Shown: positions 27,625-40,366 of the stretch, one piece after another
Position numbering within the stretch: position 1 is the first letter of the stretch
Layout: every line of letters begins with the position of its first letter
NCBI RefSeq assembly: GCF_009914755.1
Contig: NC_060928.1
Origin: the human T2T-CHM13v2.0 reference genome, Homo sapiens
Length of the DNA: 64,000 bases
Reading direction: 5' to 3' (one strand)
Translations under genes and position numbers: made by a program
The notes under the pieces: model-generated
What the model saw: only the letters and a program-made list of their open reading frames with translations
What the model was told of the DNA's origin: nothing
Database searches by the model: none

Positions 27625-27961
27625 GTTTTTTTGTTTTGGTTTTTTGTGTTTTTTTTTTTTTTTTTTTGGTTTGGTTTTGGTTTTGAGACAAGGTATTGCC
27701 CTGTTGCCCAGGCTGGAATGCAGTAGCAAGATCACTGCAACCTCAAACGCCTGGGTTCAAGCAATCCTCCTCCCTCAGCCTCCCCAGTAGCTGGGACTAC
27801 AAGCAAGCACCACCATGCCCCGCTACATTTTTGTTTTTTTCTGTAGAGACAGGATCTCATTATGTTGCCCAGGCTGGTCTCAAACTCTCGGCCTTAAGAT
27901 ATCCTCCTGCCTCAGCCTCTCCAAGTGCTGGAGTTAAAAGTGTGAGCCACCATGCCTGGCC
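27625..27961 (-). mobile_element. Alu (AluJ-like)
   Basis: diverged reverse Alu with long GT-patterned T tail. Confidence 0.92.
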
Positions 27962-29268
27962 CAGCCCATTGTTTTAAGCCCTTAAGATCCCTAGTGGGGG
28001 CCAGAGGCAGAAGCGGGAAAGACCCATGTCTGTGTCTTGTCTTTGGACTGCTCTGTTCCAGGACACAGGGTCTCTTGGACTAAGCAGCATGCACAGAGGG
28101 CACTGGAGGTCCATCCGTGGCCAGAGGCACATTTTTTGCTTCATCAACATTTGTCTCTGATTTGGATATGGGGCCAGTACAGCCGTGCTTGTATGCATTG
28201 CTTTGATAGAACATAGGAACTGTCTGGAACAGAGCGGGGAAGACTGTTACCAGGTTGTACCTGCCCAGAGCACACACCCTGCCGTGTCAGTCCCTACACG
28301 GCACCAGATTGTTGGAAGCTGATTGCAAAAGCTTGTGTGTGCCACCCAAATAAAGTGAACCAGCTTGAGGGACCACATGTCTTCACCCTTTTGTGAGGCA
28401 GTTGGGCTGGAAACAGTTAATTATCTGCCCAGAGTTGGGTGTCTGTGTCCAAATGTGTCTCTCCCCACAGTTAGTCTTGTACCTTACAATAATCGCACAT
28501 CCAATAGAGGGAATGAGGGCATTCATTTGAGAACAGACTTATCAGCAAACTGCATAATGTTGATAAAGCTTAGCTTTATGTGTGGCTTTTTCTGTCTTAA
28601 TGGCTTGAGAAACCTGAGAATATTATTAGATTTGCAAATCTGGAGGTTCTAAATTCCTACTCTCCCAAAACTCACCCCATGCATAGAAAAATCCAGCAAT
28701 GACAGCAATAAAACTGTGTCCTCATTTTGCTTCCCATTTAGCTGCCAATAACTATTGGCATTAAAATCTAGGTCATAGGGAGGTCTTGGAAGAACAGGGC
28801 TGAAAATAAGGGAGAAGCTACATTTTCGTCAATAGAAACAATGCTGCCTCCCATTTCCTAAAGTTTTTTCCTAGTACCAGAACCATTGCCCTTTGGAGAA
28901 TTATATAAAGCACATTAGACTTTAGGACTAGGCGAAATCATTCTCCTTCCTATATTTAATTACTCCCTGAAACCCTCCAGTGTACATGATTTATAATGGA
29001 TTTATTTTGTTGTGTTGTTAATGAACCTTGTGCCTCTTTTAATAATACCCATCTTAATATTTAAATTTAAATCTATTTAATACTTAATGTTGCTATCTTT
29101 TGGATCTCTTGCGTTGGTACTGTGCGTGCCTGGCTTTAAAGAAAGGTAGAGAATCTTTTCTTCATTTGATCCTTGATCTATAACTCAAAGCTGTTTTTAT
29201 GCATTTTGTGTTTTCTGATTTTATATCCTTCATGTTCTTGTTTTTAAGCAGTATTAGTAGTGAAAACT

Positions 29269-29578
<310 letters not shown>

Positions 29579-31689
29579 TTCTTTTTCCCTCCTTTAAATA
29601 GACCTTTAGTATCTTTATTTTTTATCTCTGTCATTTAGAGCATTGCTATTCAAAAGGTAGCCTAAGTTCCCTTGGTCCACTCCCCGGTAATTCAAAATTT
29701 GCATTTTAACGAGTGCTCCAGGGAGATGGATGTGCACAGTAAAGTTTGAGAAACTCTGGTTGGGAGCAGTAGAGCCCGTGACAGTGAGCATCTCTTGTAT
29801 AAGCAGGGACAAGAAGGGATTTCCAGGATGGCATGTGTATAAGCTTGTTGTGTAGGTTATCCCATAACCTTGATCTTAACCATGAGGACCTGACATCCAA
29901 ACCAGATAAAGATAAACACAGTTATGTGATAAAGTTTCACTGACTGACTCCTCCCTAACAGGCTGCTCTGCAGGCCTGGAGCAGGGACTGGGCATCTGGA
30001 ATTTTAAAAACAACACAGATGATTCCAATGCATAACCAGCCGAGGATTCGCCCAGACCAAGCCCAGAGAGGAAAGAGGGTGATCTCAGTAGGAATCCCTA
30101 TCAAAACCACTGCTGCCCCACAGTCATAACTCACAATAGTGGCCACCAGAGGGGCCAAGGAGACCCAGAAATTAATAGTGCATTTACGCTGTTTAATTAC
30201 AAGGCACCATTGGGTTTTCTTGGTTGCATCCCAAGTTAGTATTGCCTCTAACTCTTAAACACATAGGGTTTTAGAGCTGGAAGAGAAGCACAATATGTTG
30301 TTTATCACTGTCACTGTCAGACATTCAAGTACAAAGAATTTTCTGCAGGTAAGCAGGCTTGACATGCAAAATTTCAGTTTCCCTAAAATGCCTAGTAAAG
30401 ATAATGGTTTATGTTGAGTTTAATTTTTTTAAATTAAAAATTAGGTTGCATTCTACAAAGAAAATTTACAACAAAATGTTAGTTAAGGAATAGAAGTAAT
30501 TTAGGTGAACTCCATGGTCAAGGATAGTGCCCATTGTGTGAAATTATGATGACTGGTTTGTATTTAAAGCTGGCAGATGAAAGTTAGGTTATCCTGATAT
30601 TTAAAGAGAGAAAGGTGTTTGAAGATAAATGAGGTCAGTTGTGGACCAGATCTTGGGAAGGAAACAGACTCTTTTGTCTCTTCTGCACTCCCTTGTTTGT
30701 GCCCCAGCCTCATTTGATGAGTGGGTAGCAGGGTATAGAGGAGAGAACACAGGGCCTCAGCTTGTGTGAATGACTTTGAGCTCCACATTTCCTTATGTGA
30801 GTCATATCACGTTAGCTGTTTCTTATAGTTCCGTGTCATCCACAGACTTGCCATTCAAGTCTACAGCTTCATTCAGATTCTGAATAAGAACACTGAGCAA
30901 GTTAGGGCCAGGGACATCATTGCCGCAGTGAGGGTGGCCTTCAGTACAAAGGTGTGTATGGTGACTGACCCCCTCCTGGTTTGCCTGAGACTGTAGAGTT
31001 TCATGGGATGTGGGACTTTCAGTGCTGAAACTAGCACAGTTCCACGCTGACTAGGATTGTTGGCCAGTCCTAGGCATGGATTGTACAGCTGCTGAAGCCC
31101 ATCAAATGAAAGGTACTGCCTATCCTGCAGCCCCATTCTTGCTTATTATACACAAGTATGATGAGAAATCAATGTCCTGCTGAAGTTGAAGACACTACTT
31201 ATCCTGAGAAAGAGCTGTCCTGCCGAAGTTAGACATCAAAGCTAGAGAGCATTTCCTGCTCATCAAGAAACCCCACCAGAAAAGCAACCAGGTTGGTTTG
31301 GCTTGACTGGTTCTTGTGATCCCCACCTCTGACTCCTAATGATAATGGCCCCCAAGCCTGTGCTATCACCTGTCTTAGAATTTTGCCAGGTATCGGCCTT
31401 AATGTTCGACACAGGAATCATTTTAGGATTAAATTTCAGATTTTTCATCTGCAGTAGTGACCACATTGATCTTAGTTTTAATATTTTTGAGACCGCCTCT
31501 CATAGCATTTTTAATGTTGAGACCACCTCTTTAAGCATTTTTTTAAGGTCACATATATATCGAAATCTAAACTATTTTGTAAAGCCCATGTAATTGTTAA
31601 GTGCCTTGTTAGCATATTTTTCTTAATTCATGTTTCAAGTAAATGGACTTATTTGGCTGTTGACACGTTTTCCTTTTCTTTTCTAATAG

Positions 31690-32176
31690 TCATACCCATC
31701 TAATTACATGGAATCCATGAAGCCTAACAAGTATGGGGTCATCTACTCCACACCATTGCCTGAGAAGTTCTTTCAGACCCCAGAAGGTCTGTCGCACGGA
31801 ATACAGATGGAGCCAGTGGACCTCACGGTGAACAAGCGGAGTTCACCCCCTTCGGCTGGGAATTCGCCCTCCTCTCTGAAGTTCCCGTCCTCACACCGGA
31901 GAGCCTCGCCTGGGTTGAGCATGCCTTCTTCCAGCCCACCGATAAAAAAATACTCACCCCCTTCTCCAGGCGTGCAGCCCTTCGGCGTGCCGCTGTCCAT
32001 GCCACCAGTGATGGCAGCTGCCCTCTCGCGGCATGGAATACGGAGCCCGGGGATCCTGCCCGTCATCCAGCCGGTGGTGGTGCAGCCCGTCCCCTTTATG
32101 TACACAAGTCACCTCCAGCAGCCTCTCATGGTCTCCTTATCGGAGGAGATGGAAAATTCCAGTAGTAGCATGCAAG
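31690..32176 (+). CDS. KLF3: KLF3 exon 3 (SYPSNYMESMKPNK...SSSMQ), repression domain with PVDLT CtBP motif
   Basis: acceptor ttctaatag at 31689, donor AAG|GTAAAT; 487 nt; PVDLT encoded at 31813-31827 (aa 61-65). Confidence 0.97.
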
Positions 32177-32833
32177 GTAAATTCCGCCACTGCTCCATGC
32201 TGCTGCACTTGCTTAGCGTACTGGCGCTTCACCAGATGGGGTGGGTGAGGAAGCATGGGGGCAAGAGCTGTTGAACTCTTCAAAGGAAATACTCATCTGC
32301 CTAAGGCATTTCCTTCCCCCGCCCCCCCAAAGTGTTGATACTGGAAGAGATCCCAAGAATCAGGCTGTCTGTTTGATACCATGACATGATTACTTTCACT
32401 ATGTAATGGTCAACTTGGGGATAGAAAGAATCTTGACTTTATGTTGCTTTCTTGAATACCAACATGGTTCTAGGTACAAAAGGCATTTAATAAATCCTTT
32501 TTGATTGTGGTGAAAACTAATGGTGATCAAAAGCTACCTTGTTTATCAGCTGGTCATAGAGGACTAAGGGGTTGAAAGGAAATAATCCAGAATTATAAGA
32601 ACGAATCATTTCAGGGCTGGTGTCTTATAATCTAGGTCCCTATATTTGCTGCTTACTGGCAAAATAATGGTCAGGAGAGGTGAGAATCTCCCACAGATTT
32701 GTTCCTGCTATAGTCTGCCAAAGGCAAATAAACCTGTCATATCTGTGTTGTAGGTAGGAGCTATGCAGTAAGCTTTTAAAAGCTGAAATTGGTAAACTGT
32801 ACGTGAAGTGACTTTTCTATTTTTATTTTTTAG

Positions 32834-32984
32834 TACCTGTAATTGAATCATATGAGAAGCCTATATCACAGAAAAAAATTAAAATAGAACCTGGGATCGA
32901 ACCACAGAGGACAGATTATTATCCTGAAGAAATGTCACCCCCCTTAATGAACTCAGTGTCCCCCCCGCAAGCATTGTTGCAAGA
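32834..32984 (+). CDS. KLF3: KLF3 exon 4 (VPVIESYEKPISQKKIKIEP...ALLQE)
   Basis: acceptor tttttag at 32833, donor AGA|GTAAGT; 151 nt; frame continuous with exons 3 and 5; IKIE SUMO consensus (K198). Confidence 0.96.
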
Positions 32985-35659
32985 GTAAGTATATTTAGGT
33001 CTACCCAGCATTTGCATAGTAGTGTGCATCTTGGAACCTGGAGCAGAAGCACAAGATTTCACACGTGTGATGTGGTGTGGATGACCAGGAACGGCTTGTG
33101 ATCTGTGGCCGCCACTGGTCCAGTACCACTGGTCAAGATGGGAGAATCTCTCCAAAAACAATATGCTGTTACACTGACAACGTTATGACAAAAGTTACAT
33201 CAAGTTTTCATGGAATCAGTCATCCATGATTTTGCACCTTACCACATGAATTATTTTTGTTTTTTTTCCATTCTTCCAGGCTATGTATACTTAGTTTTTC
33301 CATTATGAGAATCCTTGTATAGATTAAACTTGGTGTTCTGTGGATCATGTAAAGTTTTCATGTGGACACACATAGTCCTTACAGAGTGTATAGTATCCTG
33401 TAGAATTGCTATCCAGTAGGAAGGCTGTGCAGTGTTGGTCAGCATCCAAGCACCTGAATGGTGGTTTCTTGTAGGTCTAACATGGTATAATGTGGTAGTT
33501 GCCACACACAGCTTCAGTAACCTCATTTGTGGGATCCTGCTGTAGATAACCTTGACCTCCACCAGTGATTACACTGAAGGCTGGGTTTGTAGTTGCTAAG
33601 AAGATGGTTTTCGGGTCCAACAAGGATCCCACCTCTGCTCTCTGCCATATGTATGATCTTGGACTAGTCACTTAATCTTGCTGCCCCATTTCTGTTTTCA
33701 TTATTGATTGTAGTTGTGATTGTCTTGTGTTATGGTGCTTCAGCATTGGATTCAGCAGCCAGCTTCCTAGTACGAAGGCAACGATTACCTCCACAGGGTC
33801 CCTTCCATTGTCCTCCTGCATCATTTTCCTCCAACTTGAATAAATGTTCTACCCACCTTTCTCCTTTATTTTCTCTACCCCCTGTACCCCGCTCCCTCTC
33901 ACAATTAACTCTACAGCAGAATGTGAATTCTCTGATTTTAGAATAACTATTTTATGGTAACTTCAAATATATCCTAGTTGTATCCACATTCAGCTTGGGT
34001 AGGTACCTTCATAGTAGCTCATGGATTAATTGTCCACTGCACCCAATCATAGTCATTTTTGGTTTGGGTTGTCATATGCTCCCCAATAGATGAAGAAGAG
34101 AATAACTCTTAGCCGACTTCATCAGCAGGTAGGGAGAGAGTCTCTGATGGAGTTATATTTCATTATTCCTCACAATTGCATAGTGCCCTCTTACCTCAAA
34201 AAAAACCTTCCCAGGTGTTTTCAAAGGAATTATTTTATTCCTCCACAACAAGCCTGTGGGAGTCGGAGCAAAAGGCAAAGTGATTACCTAAGACATTAGA
34301 TAACTCGCCAATATTCACCCTGCTAACAACTGAGGGGCCTTGGGCTTGATCTCCTGCTTCCGAATCAGGGCTTTTCCTGCCATCTTGTCATATCCAACCC
34401 ATTGCATCTGCTCATGCACTCAAGTGAAAGGAAAAAATGACTAGGCAAAATGGACACATCTTAGAGGTGGAATTAACTCTTTTTTTATGTTGAGGGATGT
34501 TTCTGGCAAGGTAACTAGCAACGTGGCCTGCACTTATAGTTGTTCCTGCATGGGTGATGAAAGAGATGCTATAAAACTAAATAAAACCAACTGCCTCCAA
34601 GGGAGGGATCCGTTGACTGGACAAGTGTTATTCCAAAGTCTGGGTTATTATGAGTTGCAACGTAAAACATTACATAAGAAGATTTGAAGGCAATATTCTG
34701 TGCTCTGAATGCTGCTCAAAAGAAAATACTTTTATTTTAAGTAATATTCTTTTGATGATCTCAAGCTCAGTGGCTTTTAATGATTAATGAGTAATATGCT
34801 TATTTTAATGCTGACCTAAGAATACATTCTGCTTCTCAAAAAAACGCAACAGATTAGCCACAGCTGGGACATGTACTCTTTAAGTAATGTTCTCACAGAT
34901 GTGATTAAGTAACGTCTTGGAGTATGCCCAGTAGCAGCCCACGTAGGAAACCAGCTAGCCAGGAAAGAATCACTTGAAACTAGGCACCCAGTACCACTGC
35001 AGTGAGGCAGCCCCAATAATATTTGCCTTAAGAAACGCTTCCTTTCCAGAGGCAGACTTAAAAGTACAGCTTTGAAATCCATTTGCTCGATTGTGGTGTG
35101 GCAACTTTAGGATTATTTATAAAGGCACTCAAAGGTACATCAAATTCTATTTGTTACAGATTTACAAAAAGATTTCTTTGTTCTAAATATACAAAACTAT
35201 ATTTAGAACAAAAAGCATAAGGATCAGATTTCCCTATTGAGTTGTGTATGCGAATTATAGCAAACTTAAGAGGGGCTGTCTCAGCTCAAAACAGTGGACA
35301 AGATATCTTATATGTATTAGCTCTGTAACTTCTTGGTTATAATAATCCCAAACCATCTCTTTGAAAATGGGAGTGGAGACCAAAAAGTGTGAGATCCCAA
35401 GACTCTTCATCTAGCCTTGGCCTGAACCAACATCAGCGTCTTCAGAGATGCGGCAGGTTAACTGTGCTCAGAATGTTTGAGGGACACAGCTCAAGCAGAG
35501 ATATCCTGGTTTGGGGACATCCTCAAAAAACTCATGAAATTAAACAACCATAGGGTACAAAGTTACAAATAGACTATTTTGAACCTGAAAATATTCATGG
35601 CTACCATTTATAGCTTTATCTTGGGAACAGACATTGTTCCGAGATATAACCTTCTGAGA

Positions 35660-35775
35660 TAACATTATTATCATCCCCAGTTTACAGAGAGGAAACTAAG
35701 ACACAGAGAGGGCGAGATCTTGGCCCAGGATCACAGAGACTGTCAGTGACAGAGCTGGATTTGTAACTGGAGCCC
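35660..35775 (-). mobile_element. MIR fragment
   Basis: tattatcatccccagtttacagagaggaaactaagacacagagag...ttggcccaggatcacag. Confidence 0.7.
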
Positions 35776-36157
35776 ACAGCCTTTCGGTGCACCTTTATGT
35801 GTAAAATAAACAACTGGAAAGGGCAGTCAGAATTACTGCACAGAAACGATTAGATTCCCAACCCATAAAATCCAATAATTGGGAGAGATTTCTAAAGTTA
35901 TCTGAAAAAGATAGTCTCCCAGTATCCCAAAGACATATAAAAGTTTTATAGTTAATAATTAAATTTCTACCCCAGCACTTTATTTCCTGAATTTCTTTTA
36001 ATGGAAATGAAATATTTTCATTAGATGGCATTAAAGCTGAAAGTTAAAAATAAACTGAACTTTTTTCTTTCTATTGAAGGATTTTAAATGAATAATTCAG
36101 CCTTATAAAAACTCTGTCTGTAAACCTCTCACTTTGCTGTGTTCTCTGCTGTTTGCA

Positions 36158-36270
36158 CATATATATATATGTATATATATACACATATATATACACGTAT
36201 ATATATATGTACATATATATACATATATATATATACGTGTATATATATGTGTATATATATACATATATAT
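36158..36270. repeat. (TA)n / (TATACA)-like AT-rich simple repeat
   Basis: alternating ta with cg/ca interruptions. Confidence 0.95.
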
Positions 36271-37539
36271 AATTGAAGTCATTTTTCTTTTCTCCCTCCT
36301 CACTACTTTATGTTCACTTTTCCATGTATCTAAACTTGGCCTATTTTATCCATCTCTACCACCCTTCCAGGTATTAGAGTAGGAAGGTGAAAGTCAAAAC
36401 TGACAGTTTCCTTTGCTCATAATAAAGCATGAGCAGTAAATAAATAATGTTTTTTTAAAAAAAAAAAAGCATGAGAAGTAAGGTCACTTAAGAAACACAC
36501 CTTTTATTCTTTTTCTAGTCACTTCTTAGCATGCCTGAAAAAGTGATTGACAAGGGATGTGTATTCAAATATTTACCAAGACAAGTTTTATACCAAGAGA
36601 CTCCCTTTTGATTTTTATGGATAAATTTCTTTTATTCTTTTTTTAAGCTCACGAGTTAGAGTGTTTACTCTCATCAAATTCTTTTTTTCCTTTTCACACA
36701 CCTTTTTTCTCCTCAAACACTTAGGCAAAATATTCCTGTATTATATGGAACATTTTAGGAGCTATAGATTCAAATATGAAAGAGAAAGAAGTCTTTCATT
36801 ACAGTTAGAGGCCAATGACATACACTTGTGATATATCAAGTAATTAGTCATTAGGAAAGTGAATGAGCAGATTAGAACATTATAATTACTTACATTAATC
36901 AGCAGGGGAAGCCTGAGGAACTTAACAGACTTTTCCCAGCTCTTCCTCCATCTCCCTTTTCTCTCCACCACCTTCTTGCTGAAAAAAAGCTTAGATTGTA
37001 AGATTTTTAACAGGATTTGGTTTCTAATCCACCCAGGGAAGGTGCAAACTCAGGAATGAGAGAGAAATCAGGAAGGTAGGGAGAACGTCAGGCATGCCAT
37101 GGGGGAGCCGGCACCACGTGAGCCAGCATCATGGGTGACCACAACACTACATTGAAATTCTCCCTCATACAGGAATCACAGTGACAGTGGAGGTTTGAGT
37201 TTGTGAAGACAGCAATGCCAACTTTTTTGTTGTTTTTTGGAAGAGCTGGCATTTGAAAATTGCACATGAATTGGCAGTCTCTAAGGGACTCCAATTAAAT
37301 GCCAATTACATAAAGGATAAAAACGTAGATATACCCTACAATGTGGTTTCCTGAGACTTAGGAGTTTGATCTTTTCCATTTTTCCCTAGCCAACAATAAT
37401 GAAAATCAGAGCAGCCTGTGAAAAAATATAGTGTTCAGCATTGCCTAGAACCACAAGATTCTATAAGTAGGCAGAAGTTGACTGAGGAAAAGAGCCTCCC
37501 CAGCACTTGGTGCCTGCCTCTAGCATAGCACTTAACCCT

Positions 37540-37692
37540 TCTTACTGTCATTACTTATCTCCATGTCTGTCTCCCCCTAGAGTGTGAGCTCCTCGAGGGC
37601 AGGAACCCTGTTTTTATTCATCTTTGTGTCCCGGTGCCAAGCACAGTGCCTGGCTCATGGTAGGTGCTCACTCAATGTTTGTTGAATGAATA
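37540..37692 (+). mobile_element. L2 3' end
   Basis: ctagagtgtgagctcctcgagggcaggaac...cacagtgcctggc...tgctcactcaatgtttgttgaatgaat. Confidence 0.8.
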
Positions 37693-37848
37693 TAGCAGTG
37701 CTTCTTGGGTTGATCAGCTAATTTCTTTTTGTTTATTTTGTTGGGATTTTTTGTTTGTTTTTGCCCAGTGTTGTTAATGCTTTTAGTAGACTGATGAAAA
37801 AGGAAGAGCGTGCTCTCAACATTTGGCCTGTAACCTTGGCTTTCACAG

Positions 37849-38009
37849 GAATCACCCTTCGGTCATCGTGCAGCCTGGGAAGAGACCTTTACCTGTGGAA
37901 TCCCCGGATACTCAAAGGAAGCGGAGGATACACAGATGTGATTATGATGGATGCAACAAAGTGTACACTAAAAGCTCCCACTTGAAAGCACACAGAAGAA
38001 CACACACAG
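37849..38009 (+). CDS. KLF3: KLF3 exon 5: basic region and zinc finger 1 ([23 protein letters not shown])
   Basis: acceptor tttcacag at 37848, donor CAG|GTAATA; 161 nt; canonical KLF finger 1. Confidence 0.97.
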
Positions 38010-38691
38010 GTAATAGAAACACCAGACCCACTTCATCTTTCTTCTTAAGAAGTATTAGAATGGAATGCAAAGGTTGTTACGATCAAAGTTTTCAGGCATC
38101 TTGAAAGTCACCACAGTCATCTCCAGATGTGTCTTCTCCAGATTAGTTGTGCAGAATGAAGATATTGCTAATGATTTGCCTTTGTAATAAGTTAGAATAG
38201 ATTCAAAGTAATCCCCAAAACAAGGCCACTCACAATCACTTGCAGTTCTGTGCTCTCTAGCAAAGGAGGGAGAAAGGGTTGGAGCCTTCGCCGCTGGAAT
38301 GGGGAAGTGCTTTCACAGTCAAGGATGTGGCCTTCCTGTGAGCTATTTCACATACCTGCATTGTAAATTCATGAGAGCGAACAGTCTTTGTGCAGCACAA
38401 ATTAATGCAACAGTGTAACACAAACAATTCAAATAGAAGACTGTCCTTCAAGGAAAGAAAAGTGAAGAAATGTGGTTAATATTTGTCTTCTAAACTTGAG
38501 GGAACTCTTATGCCGTTGCCTACCATATTTGTTCTAGGATTTCTTCCATCTCGCCCAATACTGAATATAGAGCATGAGCAGCCAGATCATATAAAAGTCA
38601 TTACATGGCCGAGAAAAATGTGAAATTGGTCTCAGTGCCAAACATTTTGGTAGTAAAACATCTTAAGGAAATAATACAAAAATGTTTTAAC

Positions 38692-38815
38692 AGCCAGGTG
38701 CAGTGACGTGCACCTGTGGTCCCAGCTCCTTGGGAGGTGGAAGCAGGAGGATTGTTTGAGCCCAGGAGTTCAAGTCCAGCCTGGGCAACATAGGGAGGCC
38801 ATGTCTCTAAAAAAT
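38692..38815 (+). mobile_element. FLAM / Alu monomer
   Basis: single Alu-like arm ending tgtctctaaaaaa. Confidence 0.8.
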
Positions 38816-40105
38816 ATTAAAAATGACATCTTTTAACAGCCTGATTGACCATTAGTAGTGGTGATGTATGTACAGTAAGGCTCATCTCACCTCAAACTCT
38901 TTGATGTGGAATTCTAGTTTGACAGCAGTTTGCATCTGTGTACATTTTCCTTAGCAGTGTAGGTTGCTTTTCTGAGTCTTGCAAATCATTTTTACTCAGA
39001 AAATTTACAAAGAGGAATCTGAGGTTTGGAAGAGAAAAGGGAAGGAAAGTGGCAAAATGGAAGTGAAGTTTTTAAGTGAATCCTGGGAGGAGGCAGAGGA
39101 AGCTAACACCCACAGAGAGAGCTGAGGGTGATAGCCTTGTATCTAGAGCAACGCCCAAACAGCAGTGCAAATCGATGATTACTGAGGGCATCCTTGAGGC
39201 ATTAGTGGGACCGAAGAGGTGGATGTTACCCACTTCCAGCCTAAAATTAAAAGGACATTGAATATTTGGGTGACAGTTTAGATGTAGGAAAAAAAAAAAA
39301 AAAAAAAAAAACGCCTCTTTGTGTGTGTATTCTGTACCAGGAAGCAGATAATAGAAATCCTGCATATCTCATTCAAATGCCAAGGAATGGTAATCCCTCA
39401 AGGCTTCTAGAGAACAAAGGGTGTTAAATGGGAGTTAATTTTGTCATACTCATGACCCTTATGACTAATTTAAAAGGTAAGATTGCCATAACAGCCTTTT
39501 TATTTGTGAGGGTCTCCCTTCATCCTGGTTCTCCCCATCATTTTCTCACAAGGAGCTTTTGTTCCTCATCTGTAAATGATCCTTATCCTACAGGAGGGGG
39601 TTGTGAAAACCTGGCTCAGGACAGATGGGGAAGAATTCGTATATTTTAGTACCCCTGAATTAAAGCATTATACTTAGGCCTAATTGTTATTGACTAAACA
39701 AGAAAATAAGATGTTAATCCCTAACAGATACTTCAGTTGTTAGAGACTTCATATTTTTGGAAAACTATTGAAAAGTTTAAGAAAATCCCACAAACTTTCA
39801 ATTTGGAGTTCTCATTATCTCATTAAATGAATAGCACTGCATATAATTAAGCTCCCAAGCAGGTTTAAGATTTGGGAGATGTGCAAATACAGATCACCAT
39901 GTGTTCATTCACTATTTGGTAGTCCCTCAGAATGGATTTCAGTGACTCTGTGTTTTAAGAACTCTTAAAATTCTCCTCCCGTTTTTTTGGCAGAGAGCCA
40001 ATGAAACATTACGGTATTAGTTCATTTTCTTCTTGCTTGTCTTGCAGTAGTTTATAATGCACTGTGTTATTGAAGAACAAATGTATGAACATATCTTGGA
40101 AATAA

Positions 40106-40366
<261 letters not shown>

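Noticed and set aside
31478-31545. Imperfect ~30-bp duplication (ttgagacc.cctct...agcatttt) upstream of exon 3
   Set aside because: Only two degenerate copies; ordinary slippage with no array structure.
31773-32105. 110-aa antisense ORF and shifted-frame ORFs over exon 3
   Set aside because: Shadow of the codon bias of the real KLF3 exon.
32177-32274. ORF-track extension of exon 3 (GKFRHCSMLL...)
   Set aside because: Read-through past the GT donor at 32177; the spliced frame continues in exon 4.
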